A stretch of 64,000 bases of DNA from an uncultured delta proteobacterium (GTDB lineage: Bacteria; Bdellovibrionota; FAC87; UBA2466), in assembly GCA_963778115.1 (NCBI GenBank), contig CAVZSV010000004.1, positions 1,408,001-1,472,000 on the forward strand, given 5' to 3'. Positions 39,184-48,244 of the stretch are shown one piece after another. The position numbers were made by a program, and so were the translations under genes. Below the pieces are notes generated by a model. That model saw only the letters and a list, made by a program, of their open reading frames with translations, was not told the DNA's origin and did no database searches. Every line of letters starts with the position of its first letter. Position 1 is the first letter of the stretch.

Positions 39184-40458
39184 TTAACTCTTTTTCCCGT
39201 TAAGAAATCGTCGAGGAATCTCCCCAAACCAAAACAGAAAGAGTTTCAATTTATGGTGTTTGTAGGTCGCTACTTTTTGAGTGCGGTAGATCCCCTGATG
39301 GCCCGAAACATAGTAGCCACAGTAACAAGCTACTACGGCATACGGAGCAATCCGGAATCCGAAAAGCTCTATCGCCATGACGGTACAGGCCAAAGGGGTA
39401 TTGGCCGCGGCTCCAAAGACGGCGGCAAATCCTAGCGGTGCCAAGAGACTGAAAGAGACTGGGATGAGTTGACCCAAAGCACTCCCCAAAGTACTTCCGA
39501 TAAAGACCAACGGAATAAATTCTCCCCCTTTAAATCCGGAACCGACGGTAATTGCCGTAAATAAGAATTTAAGAAGGGGCTCATGGAAAGTAGCCGGGTG
39601 AACGATCGATTTTTGGATCACTGAAATGCCCAAGCCCGCATATTCGTAAGTGCCCTCCCACCAGTAGAGAACCACAAGCACAAGGCCTGCGATAAAAGGT
39701 TTCAGCGGTGGATACTTTACATACTTCGTCTGCAAATGCTCGATGAGGTGAGTAAATTTAGAAAAGAGGCGGGCCACGATGCCAAAGACCACACCTGCCA
39801 GGGCTACCCACAAGATCGTACTGACATGAAACTTTTCAATGTAAGGAACGGGATAAACGGAATGAGGTGCTCTAAGAAGGACCGCTGTATAGTAGCCACA
39901 AAAAGAGGCCACGATACTTTCAACGACGGCAAACGGACGCAGATGCCCTATCTGGATCACTTCCATCCCAAAAAGAACGCCGGCCCACGGAGCACCGATA
40001 GCAGCTCCAAACCCAGCTCCGGCTCCCGTAACTAGTAAAATCTTTCGTTCTTCGGCTGAAATCTTAAAGAACTTATTGATTTGATCGGAGAGAGAAGCAC
40101 CCATCTGGACAGCCGTTCCCTCTCGTCCGGCCGATCCTCCGAAGAGATGCGTCAGAACGGTTCCTACTAGAATAAAAGGCGCCATGATAATGGGAACGGT
40201 CTTTTTCGGATCGTGAATCTCTTCCAAGATAAGATTATTGCCGGCAGCGATATCTTTTCCAAAGCGGTAGTACACCCAGCCAATTAAGAACCCCGCGATG
40301 GGTAACGACCAAATGATAGTCAAATGGGCTTCCCGCGTCTTTGTCGCCATATCTAGCAAAATAAGAAAAATAGCTGCGGCGATTCCAGACAACACGCCCG
40401 AAAGAGCGCTTAACAGCACCCATTTAACGAAGGGTCGACGAGGTTTCGAATGTGGCAT
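39184..40458 (-). CDS. eriC: CLC-F family fluoride/H+ antiporter
   Basis: GNNLI, GREGT, GGEFIP signature motifs; preceded by a fluoride riboswitch. Confidence 0.9.
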   Translation of the reverse strand: MPHSKPRRPFVKWVLLSALSGVLSGIAAAIFLILLDMATKTREAHLTIIWSLPIAGFLIGWVYYRFGKDIAAGNNLILEEIHDPKKTVPIIMAPFILVGTVLTHLFGGSAGREGTAVQMGASLSDQINKFFKISAEERKILLVTGAGAGFGAAIGAPWAGVLFGMEVIQIGHLRPFAVVESIVASFCGYYTAVLLRAPHSVYPVPYIEKFHVSTILWVALAGVVFGIVARLFSKFTHLIEHLQTKYVKYPPLKPFIAGLVLVVLYWWEGTYEYAGLGISVIQKSIVHPATFHEPLLKFLFTAITVGSGFKGGEFIPLVFIGSTLGSALGQLIPVSFSLLAPLGFAAVFGAAANTPLACTVMAIELFGFRIAPYAVVACYCGYYVSGHQGIYRTQKVATYKHHKLKLFLFWFGEIPRRFLNGKKS

Positions 40459-40483
40459 TACGGTCTCCTACCTAGATTATGGT

Positions 40484-40541
40484 GGTAGGAGTCATCAGCA
40501 CTGTCTGATTACAGGCGGTTAAAGGCAGACTCCATTGCCTA
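40484..40541 (-). ncRNA. Fluoride (crcB) riboswitch
   Basis: Minus strand AGGCAATGGAGTCTGCCTTTAACCGC...GCTGATGACTCCTAC matches the crcB consensus (pseudoknot GGAGT/ACTCC), ~25 nt upstream of CLC-F. Confidence 0.9.
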
Positions 40542-40601
40542 ATGAGCATTTATACCCTGGTTTTGAGCCAGGAAAAAGTTCAATTCAAAGCAAGCCACGC
40601 T

Positions 40602-42068
40602 TCATCTCTTTGTCAGACGATAGCGTGTAGCAGGGCCTGCCCCTATTTTTGTTACGACTTTCCTTTCAAGGGCTTCCTTTACCCACTCAAAAGCCGTTCG
40701 TCGGGGCAAATCAAGCCATCGGGAGATTTCGTGGGCGGAGAAAGCTTCGCCCCCGCTTTTCGTTCGAATGAGGTTAATCCCGGCCAGCGAATTTTCCTCC
40801 CACCAGCTGGGATTGGGCAAGCGAAGGGAAAGCGACTCCTTGGTAGGCAAAATGTGGTAGTCTCCTTCCTTACCAGAAATCTGAAGGGCAATCCGTTCCT
40901 GTTTGAGCCACGCTTTGAGTTCACTCACCCCTTCATGAATACGCGCGGGTGAGGAGTTCACTTGAAAGTACTCGTCAGGATAGACCTCCGCGAACAAATG
41001 CGGCAGACGAATAGGACGATAGAGGTCTGAGACAATGGCTTTTAGTAAACGCTGCTTTAGCTGTCCAAATTTTAAGTTAGCGCGATTCTGGAAAAGATCG
41101 ACGACGGAACGACGGCCCCCCGGAGATCCAAAATCCCAATCATAAGATTCTGGAATCGCAACCGGACGCGGAAAGTCTTTTACGAGACGTTCGCGATACT
41201 TTATATGGCGAGTTCCAAAGTAGACTCGCAAGAAAAGCGCTTCGTCCTTAAGTTGAATGGATTGGTACGCATCGCACTCACGAACGGTCTCCCAATGTCC
41301 CCTTCCGTAAGCCTCTTTCCGAAGCCGCTTCAACTCGCCAAGACCCGCTTTAGAATCTCGAAAGAGCGTTAAAATTGTTTTCCACTTCTTCACGAAAAAA
41401 GCGTCAAGCCCGCCTGCCTGGCCCACGGCACTTTCTGCTTTTTTGAGACATTGCTCGGCAAATCTCCACTGGTGCTGCTGAATGGCGAGCTCTGCCTTTT
41501 TCTCCAGGGTATTGCCGTAGAGGACCGAGAATCCAAGACGAAGGGTCGACTCTTCGAGTTCCGAAATAAGACTTGTCGCTTTAGCCCAACGCCGCTCATG
41601 CACGTAAGAGGAAGCTAAGTTCACTTGGCCAATGGCGCGCTGATAATCACTTAAGTGAGCTTTCACATAATTTTCCAAATGAGGAATGGCCGCTTCATAG
41701 TCCCACTGAATGATTCGCACATACGCCGTGTACAAGTCCGCTTCGGGAAGAGATTTGGGATCAATCCCCTTTAGAAGGGTTAGTGCTTCATGGGCCGCCC
41801 CCACTCTCACTAGGGTCGCCGCATATTCCGCCCGTTCTTCGTCGGAAGCTTTTATCGGCTGTTTCGAGGAAGGCCGCACTAAGGGCGATAGCAAGCGAAG
41901 GGTTAAGTAAGGCAGCCCGGCTCGCCTAGCTAAGGTAGCTACTCGAAATCGTTCGGACCGTCCTAATCGACGAAATTCGCGGTGTCCCAGCTCCGAACGG
42001 GCTTGGGCTATAGCTCCGGTTCTGATTAAGTCTTCGATATGGCTTAGGAAAGCTTCATTGGGCTTCAT
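40602..42068 (-). CDS. TPR-like protein with C-terminal winged-helix regions (probable regulator)
   Basis: Helical repeats, then LFAEVYPDEYF...RIHEGVSELK and FSAHEISRWLDLPRRTAFEWV...GAGPATRY. Confidence 0.6.
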   Translation of the reverse strand: MKPNEAFLSHIEDLIRTGAIAQARSELGHREFRRLGRSERFRVATLARRAGLPYLTLRLLSPLVRPSSKQPIKASDEERAEYAATLVRVGAAHEALTLLKGIDPKSLPEADLYTAYVRIIQWDYEAAIPHLENYVKAHLSDYQRAIGQVNLASSYVHERRWAKATSLISELEESTLRLGFSVLYGNTLEKKAELAIQQHQWRFAEQCLKKAESAVGQAGGLDAFFVKKWKTILTLFRDSKAGLGELKRLRKEAYGRGHWETVRECDAYQSIQLKDEALFLRVYFGTRHIKYRERLVKDFPRPVAIPESYDWDFGSPGGRRSVVDLFQNRANLKFGQLKQRLLKAIVSDLYRPIRLPHLFAEVYPDEYFQVNSSPARIHEGVSELKAWLKQERIALQISGKEGDYHILPTKESLSLRLPNPSWWEENSLAGINLIRTKSGGEAFSAHEISRWLDLPRRTAFEWVKEALERKVVTKIGAGPATRYRLTKR

Positions 42069-42146
42069 TGGGCTTCATAAGGGAAAGGTACCATCTGGCA
42101 GTTTTCCTTAGTGTAACCGGTTTCTTCAAGCCGGTAAAATGATGGT

Positions 42147-42812
42147 ATGCGTTATGGAATAAGAAAACAGCGGCTAGTGAACACCCTTTTCGGGCTAGCC
42201 CTCACTTTGCTTATTTCGGCGTGTTTCGGAAATGGGGAACCCAATGCCGCAAGTACCTTTACTCCCGGTGGATCCAACACCACCAATGGCACCACCTTTT
42301 TCGATCTCAATCCGACAGCGGTGTGCACCAATTCCAATGGATTAAGCGTATTCGAGTACGAAATCTCTTTGGACGGGCCGACCTTTACCGCCATCGATAC
42401 CTGTAGCGGAGACAAGCAAGTGCTCACCGCGAATCAGCTGATTATCTCCCAGTACTACGGAGTATTAGTCTACCAAGGGAGAATTTATCTTTCCTTAAGC
42501 ACTTATTATGCGGAAGCCTTCTGCCAACCTTCATCTAACACGGTTTCGACAGAGATACTGATCGGAAACAGTACTTCCTTCACCCAACCCGAAGTGTATC
42601 AGACGGGATCGTTAAGCGGGCTCCCACCACAATCAACGAACTTCCCCGTTCAAGTTTCGACTCCTAGTGGTCAGCTCGTTTATCAAACCCAGGACTGGGC
42701 GCTAACTATAGATCTGAATGCCACGGCTTTAGCCACGAACCAATACCCCGCGCTACTTCAAGTGGGAACGGCCGATCCCGTCGATTTTGCCTGTACCGTC
42801 GGCAGCCACTAG
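42147..42812 (+). CDS. Hypothetical lipoprotein
   Basis: Lipobox ISAC; Thr/Ser-rich, beta-type composition. Confidence 0.65.
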   Translation: MRYGIRKQRLVNTLFGLALTLLISACFGNGEPNAASTFTPGGSNTTNGTTFFDLNPTAVCTNSNGLSVFEYEISLDGPTFTAIDTCSGDKQVLTANQLIISQYYGVLVYQGRIYLSLSTYYAEAFCQPSSNTVSTEILIGNSTSFTQPEVYQTGSLSGLPPQSTNFPVQVSTPSGQLVYQTQDWALTIDLNATALATNQYPALLQVGTADPVDFACTVGSH

Positions 42813-42874
42813 CCGCAATAGGCCAATAAACCTATCCTGTACGAATAGCCACCTTTCGGGTAAAAACCGGCCTA

Positions 42875-44125
42875 ATGACTTTAAAAGGAAAACTCTTCTT
42901 TCTCATTCTTTTGTTAATCCCCTGCTGGGTCATGGGAATCCGCTATCAGGTCGATTTTCCGACACTTTATCTGGCCGTGGAGCGAGCAGGTCACGGGGCG
43001 CCCGAGCAGGTTTATCGCGACAAAACAGGCGATGTGGCCACCTATCCGGGAAAAGAGCCCTTCCACGTGAACGGCCATTACTTTTATCCTCCTTTTTCGC
43101 TCTCCTTTTTTCAGCCTCTCACCTGGTTCTCTTATCCAGTCGCTAAGTGGGTTTGGTTAGGAGTGCAAACCCTTTGCTTTTGTCTCTTTTGGAAATTCTT
43201 AAGTCTGCTCTATCCGGTACTACTCACCCGCCAAGCGCGTTGGACCTGGATTCTGGCTTGGATTGTAGCCATCAATCCGATTCATAATAATTTTCAAAGT
43301 AATAACATTCAGATTCTTCTGGCTGCGATCCTCTTCGGGGCCGAAGTACTGACTTACCGCCAGTCTAAAGCGCTCCAATGCCTGGCTGGAGTCTTAGTCT
43401 GCGTCGCGGCTGGACTTAAAGTGTATCCAGCTTTCATGTGCGCTTATTATTTTCTGTTTAAGCCAAACTCGACTCGGATGGGAATTGTTTTAGGAACCCT
43501 ACTCGTCTTTCTCCTACCTTTTCCTTTTTTCGGTTTCGATACTTCCCGCCTTCTCTATCAAGGATTTTTCGCAAGCCTTCCTGCTTACTCGCAAGACAAT
43601 AGCCTCACCGCAACCTGTGACATTCTCTCCTACCCCGCGATGGTCACGATTTATCTAGGACGTTTCCTTTCCCCCGAAGCCCTTAAAGCGGTTATCAATT
43701 ATTCCAGTGTGCTAATTGCAGGAGCACTTTTCTTTAGTATTTGGCGAATGAAACAATTAACCAAATATGAGCCCTTGAATCGATCATGGTCCGTATCCTG
43801 TTGGGCACTCGTGCTGGCCATCATGACGTTTCTTACCCCAAGTGCCAGGCCGCACTATCTGATCTTTCTAGTCCCGGCTTTTGTCTCACTCGCCGAACAG
43901 GCGCGAGTTGCAGTTCAAGGACGCGCTCTTTTTAAAGCGGCCGTCTCTATCGCCGTGGTGTTCGTAGCGCTGACGGCGGAAGGGGTGATAGGGAAATATT
44001 ACAATGACATTTTGGAAGAGTGGAAAATCCCGGTGATGGGAATCGCTATTTTGTGCATCGCCCTTTGGATAGCGCTTAAAAAGATATCGACCTCTTTCGA
44101 ATCTGTCTCTTTGGGGGCCAATTGA
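42875..44125 (+). CDS. GT87 family membrane glycosyltransferase
   Basis: VDF..LY, YFYPPF, GLKVYP, polytopic. Confidence 0.8.
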   Translation: MTLKGKLFFLILLLIPCWVMGIRYQVDFPTLYLAVERAGHGAPEQVYRDKTGDVATYPGKEPFHVNGHYFYPPFSLSFFQPLTWFSYPVAKWVWLGVQTLCFCLFWKFLSLLYPVLLTRQARWTWILAWIVAINPIHNNFQSNNIQILLAAILFGAEVLTYRQSKALQCLAGVLVCVAAGLKVYPAFMCAYYFLFKPNSTRMGIVLGTLLVFLLPFPFFGFDTSRLLYQGFFASLPAYSQDNSLTATCDILSYPAMVTIYLGRFLSPEALKAVINYSSVLIAGALFFSIWRMKQLTKYEPLNRSWSVSCWALVLAIMTFLTPSARPHYLIFLVPAFVSLAEQARVAVQGRALFKAAVSIAVVFVALTAEGVIGKYYNDILEEWKIPVMGIAILCIALWIALKKISTSFESVSLGAN

Positions 44126-45582
44126 TCTCTGAATCGACCATTGAAACACCGCTAATAGCCGTTCCTAGAATCTCTTCGCGAATGTGGATGGCGGGTGCGG
44201 GACTTCTGTTCTGTCTCGTTACGGCCTGTTTTAACGTGGGCTTTATCGCCACCGATGATTTGTACAATGGGATAAGCATTATGATCCCGGCCCAAAAAAT
44301 GCGATCATGGCACGATCTAGCCGCTTATACACATAACCCGCCGGGATCGCGAATTCTTCTAGCCGAGCTTGCTCACCTAGGCGCTACTTTAGGCTTAGAT
44401 CAGCCCGTCAACCAGCTCCGCTTTGCACTGGTACTGCTTTGTCTATTTTCGTTCACTATTAATCTATATTCCGCTTTGGGCCATTTCCGCTGGGAATCGG
44501 GGATTGCCAAGGAACATAAGCAAAACGTCGTTGTCTTTTTGATGGGATTTTATTTTGCGCTTCCTCTGTTTTATAGCCGGGCGCTGGTGGAATCGATATC
44601 AATGCCCTTTTTGACGGCGAGTGCTTTCCTGGCTTGCGTCTATTTTGCATCGGGAAAAAGAAATAGCTTACTTGGAGCGCTGACTTGGCTCGCTGTCGGC
44701 TCTCTTTTTCGCTATCAATTGGGACTTTGTTCGGCAGTCCTATTTATCCTTCCGATAATCAAAAAACGTTACTCGGATCTATTGCCCCTTACCGGTCTTG
44801 CCGTTCTCTTGTTTGTCCTTAGCGGATTTTTCGACATGGCTCTTACGGGAGGGTTTCATCACAGCTTACGAAGCTACTTTCTTTATAATCTTTATAGCGC
44901 GGGTGCCGACTTCGGGCGCGTTCCCTTTTACACTTTTCTATTACTTTTTCTTGGGTTGAGCCTCCCTCCGGTTCTTTTCAGTGGGTATCGAAATTTGGCG
45001 TGGAAAAAAGAATATTACTATTTGCTTCCGACTTTGCTCTATTTCCTCTTTTTTCTGGTGGCCCATTCTCTAGTTCCCCATAAAGAAGAACGTTTCATGA
45101 TTCCGGCGATTCCGCTGTTTCTCATTTTAGTTACCCCACTTGCGGTCTACTTATGGAAAGTACAAAGATCTCGTTGGCGGGTGTGGTACTTCATGGTCCT
45201 TAATACCGTTTTATTGTTCTCCGTCTCCTTTAATATTCCTCAAAACAATATTATAGGGCTGGCCCTTTTTATGGATCGGCATCCTCAATACCGCTCGCTA
45301 TGGGCGGTGGGAAACACTTTAGTGGTCTTTCCCACAGCTTTCATTCGCAGAGAAGTTCCCTACCAAAGTTTTATTCCCGAGAAAATGGGTGAATATCATC
45401 CTACCTGCGAGGAGTTACTCGCCGTGAGGCAGGACTACGAAGCTGCCGTTTCCAATTCACCCGTCCCGTTAAGAAAGATTGCCGAATTTCAACCCGGTTG
45501 GCTGGAAGCCCTGATTGTGAGGGCAAACCCCAGCAAAAACTATCGCCGTTCGGCCATAAGCCTTTACACTTCGTGCAACTAA
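44122..45582 (+). CDS. GT22/PIG-B/Alg9-like mannosyltransferase
   Basis: ATDD, SRALVES, FRYQ, HSLVPHKEERF. Confidence 0.78.
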   Translation: MISESTIETPLIAVPRISSRMWMAGAGLLFCLVTACFNVGFIATDDLYNGISIMIPAQKMRSWHDLAAYTHNPPGSRILLAELAHLGATLGLDQPVNQLRFALVLLCLFSFTINLYSALGHFRWESGIAKEHKQNVVVFLMGFYFALPLFYSRALVESISMPFLTASAFLACVYFASGKRNSLLGALTWLAVGSLFRYQLGLCSAVLFILPIIKKRYSDLLPLTGLAVLLFVLSGFFDMALTGGFHHSLRSYFLYNLYSAGADFGRVPFYTFLLLFLGLSLPPVLFSGYRNLAWKKEYYYLLPTLLYFLFFLVAHSLVPHKEERFMIPAIPLFLILVTPLAVYLWKVQRSRWRVWYFMVLNTVLLFSVSFNIPQNNIIGLALFMDRHPQYRSLWAVGNTLVVFPTAFIRREVPYQSFIPEKMGEYHPTCEELLAVRQDYEAAVSNSPVPLRKIAEFQPGWLEALIVRANPSKNYRRSAISLYTSCN

Positions 45583-47510
45583 AAGTCTGAGTAAAAGAAA
45601 AGCTCACCGTCTGGACTTACCGTTCGCGGAACCTGGCTGGCAATAGCAGTCTGAATTGTCTTATTACATTCCGCACAAATCGAGGCCCAGGTCTTATCGT
45701 AGATAAAATACCGAGGCCCCTGCTCTTTGCGAAGATAACGGAGGAGAAGATCGAAATCGGCCGGAACCACCATCTCCGAAGCACTCGGAAGCTTTAAGGG
45801 ACATCGAGAATTTAGGTCCATATGGAAAATTGCGGCTTTGTGAGAAAGAATAACGACCTGCTTGCCTGCAATCCCTAGCGTTCGCACAAACTCTCGCTGC
45901 TTTTCCAACTTACTCATTTCGATAAGCTGTCCTTTAGCTCGAGGTAACGTTGCTACTGCGCGTCCCGCGCTATTCACCGTGGTAATAGTGAGAAGCAGAA
46001 CGACGGGAAGGGCAACCATCCGCTTCAGGAAAAACTCTGATGGCATCGATAAGATTTGATCGGCCGCTATACTTATCAAAATCACTGACGGCCACGACAC
46101 CGCCATAAGGGCAAAATAGTGGGCTCTCATGATGTGATAGGCAAAAAGACCGCTTCCCAGGAGAGAGAGGAAAAAGACCATGCGCGGTAAGAGTGCTGAT
46201 CGCTCTTTCGCTTCACGATATTGCCAGCAGTAAGCAAACCCAGCCACGTAAGAGGTAGCAAAGAGAACCCAAGTTTGAGCCACTCCAATGAATGAGCTCA
46301 TGAACCCTTGTCCAAAATAGCTATTCTGAAACCGAATCGTTTCAGTAAGACTGGGAAAGACTCCGCCAGCGAACTTCAACCAGCCGAAGAAAGCAAGAAA
46401 GACTAGCGCTTCAAGACCCAAAAGTATTATCCCCTGACGTACCAAACAGCGAACGACGGCCCCCACTCGAAAAGTGTCCAGCCAAACGTCTATCGCCAGA
46501 GTCGCCCACCAACAGAGCAAAACAGGAACGCCAAAATCCATATTCCAAAGGGGAGCAAATACCGCGAACGCCGTCACTCCCCAATAGATCCTGGAACTCT
46601 TTTTAGGAAAGTATGTGGCAATTCCCAAGGTCATCACCGTCGTGGGAAGAAACCGGATAGGAAGAACCGCCCAATAGGGGCGAAAGTGGACAAAATGGAC
46701 ATAATAGAGGCAGCTAATAAAACAGAGAATGCCGAGAGGAACGGAGACTATGACTCTTCTCAAAGCCAACCACAAACAAGCCATTTCTATAACGCAAAAG
46801 ACAGCCACCAAAACACTTAGGGAAGTCGGAGTGAAAGGAATAAACCAGAGAATTTTTGCCAAGATAAAACCGTAATTTCCGTATTGGCTGAAATAATCGA
46901 GTAGAGGAAGCCCTCCTAAATGAGCTTGAACTAACGAGTAGTGAGTCGCGTTGTAATCGACTTGATTGTCGTGAAGACCGAGTGTCCCAGGGTTAACCAG
47001 CAAAGCATACGTGTGGTCGTTTAAGACTCCCACGATCACCAAGAGCAGCAATATCAGACTTATCGTTAGAGAAAAGTAGTTTAGTTTAGCTTGCCATTTC
47101 TTCTTCAGAGCAAAGCACGGCCCCGCAATACCAAGCGAGATTACTAACCCTAGAGCAAGAAGCGGGATCGATAGCCAAGGCGAACTATAAACAGATTTTT
47201 GGTACTTAGGAAAGCATGCAAGAAGCGCGCAAAAGATTCCCCCCATCACCCAGCGCGACTTTTGAATCACCGAACCCAAGCGATAGGCCAATCGGCTACT
47301 AATCGCTACGATGGGAAAAATAACGACAAGTGCCAGCAGGTACAGGTTTTTCTGTAAGCGATATGAAAATTCGTGTTGCGAAGCGACCAGGGCGAATACT
47401 CTTTGGGATCCAAAGAGAAAAAAACCAAGAAGCAAAATGGCCATCAGCGTCGTGACAGCCAGAAGAACAAATTGCTGATTCGATTTTGAAGAGTGCCGCA
47501 CCCCTCCCAT
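45579..47510 (-). CDS. Polytopic membrane protein, GT-C-like
   Basis: Over 12 predicted TM segments, G.LP..DYFSQYG loop and a soluble C-terminal domain. Confidence 0.55.
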   Translation of the reverse strand: MGGVRHSSKSNQQFVLLAVTTLMAILLLGFFLFGSQRVFALVASQHEFSYRLQKNLYLLALVVIFPIVAISSRLAYRLGSVIQKSRWVMGGIFCALLACFPKYQKSVYSSPWLSIPLLALGLVISLGIAGPCFALKKKWQAKLNYFSLTISLILLLLVIVGVLNDHTYALLVNPGTLGLHDNQVDYNATHYSLVQAHLGGLPLLDYFSQYGNYGFILAKILWFIPFTPTSLSVLVAVFCVIEMACLWLALRRVIVSVPLGILCFISCLYYVHFVHFRPYWAVLPIRFLPTTVMTLGIATYFPKKSSRIYWGVTAFAVFAPLWNMDFGVPVLLCWWATLAIDVWLDTFRVGAVVRCLVRQGIILLGLEALVFLAFFGWLKFAGGVFPSLTETIRFQNSYFGQGFMSSFIGVAQTWVLFATSYVAGFAYCWQYREAKERSALLPRMVFFLSLLGSGLFAYHIMRAHYFALMAVSWPSVILISIAADQILSMPSEFFLKRMVALPVVLLLTITTVNSAGRAVATLPRAKGQLIEMSKLEKQREFVRTLGIAGKQVVILSHKAAIFHMDLNSRCPLKLPSASEMVVPADFDLLLRYLRKEQGPRYFIYDKTWASICAECNKTIQTAIASQVPRTVSPDGELFFYSDF

Positions 47511-47553
47511 TAGTAGACGGGAAGCCTGATAATTTCAAACCTCCATTTTAGGA

Positions 47554-47611
47554 CCACAGAAAGGTAGGCCGTACCTTCTTGTACAAGAAGGTACGGCCTA
47601 CCTTTCTGTGG
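47554..47611. repeat. Perfect 58-bp palindrome made of two head-to-head AAGGTAGGCCGTACCTT hairpin units
   Basis: CCACAGAAAGGTAGGCCGTACCTTCTTGT|ACAAGAAGGTACGGCCTACCTTTCTGTGG. Confidence 0.9.
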
Positions 47612-47638
47612 ACGGCCGGCTTTTTTGAGCCGGCCGTC
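47611..47638 (-). terminator. GC-rich hairpin downstream of 47647-48003
   Basis: GACGGCCGGCT-TTTTTG-AGCCGGCCGTC, an 11-bp stem. Confidence 0.5.
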
Positions 47639-47646
47639 GATGTTTC

Positions 47647-48003
47647 TTACGGACACGCATCCGAATAGGACGAGGTGGAACCATCGTCACTACTCGCGTA
47701 ACAATAAACTTCGCCGACATCTCCCGTTTCATAGGAACAATAGACGTAGTCGCCTTGGGCATTACAGCCTATTTGACGGCCGCTCGCGTTGCAGGTCAGC
47801 GTACCCGTATCGCAAGATCCGCTGCCTTCCGTTGACCAAGTCCCTTCGTCATGGGCCTTTTTTGCCGGAGTCGCGGAAGGTGTTGCAAGTACCTGTTTCC
47901 CCGTCGAAGTTGTCGTCGAAGCTGCGGGCTGTCCGGCATACGCCATAAGACCCGACATTGCCACTGCGGCTAAAACCGCAAATCCATATTTCATAATACG
48001 CAC
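47647..48003 (-). CDS. Small secreted Cys-rich protein
   Basis: Signal peptide, six Cys in the C-terminal 60 aa, AGGGGGA RBS. Confidence 0.7.
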   Translation of the reverse strand: MRIMKYGFAVLAAVAMSGLMAYAGQPAASTTTSTGKQVLATPSATPAKKAHDEGTWSTEGSGSCDTGTLTCNASGRQIGCNAQGDYVYCSYETGDVGEVYCYASSDDGSTSSYSDACP

Positions 48004-48060
48004 AGTATCCCCCTTGTTTTGACTGAATGACTGAGATAACTCCCCGCGAGATTGGGAAGG

Positions 48061-48076
48061 AGCAAGTAACGTGCCA
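48061..48076 (-). promoter_or_regulatory. sigma54 -24/-12 promoter motif
   Basis: Minus strand TGGCACGTTACTTGCT (consensus match). Confidence 0.8.
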
Positions 48077-48244
48077 CACGGATTTAGCCTTGGTGAAATT
48101 CCGAGCGGGAATTTTTTTTATGGCCCGGTAACTTTCCGCTCCAGGCACTCCCAGTAGGCCTTTCAACATGTCATTTCAATCTTTCTGGAGAAATTTCCGA
48201 AAAGTAAGAGAAGCGGTCCAACTCAGATCTCTCAAATTAACTCG

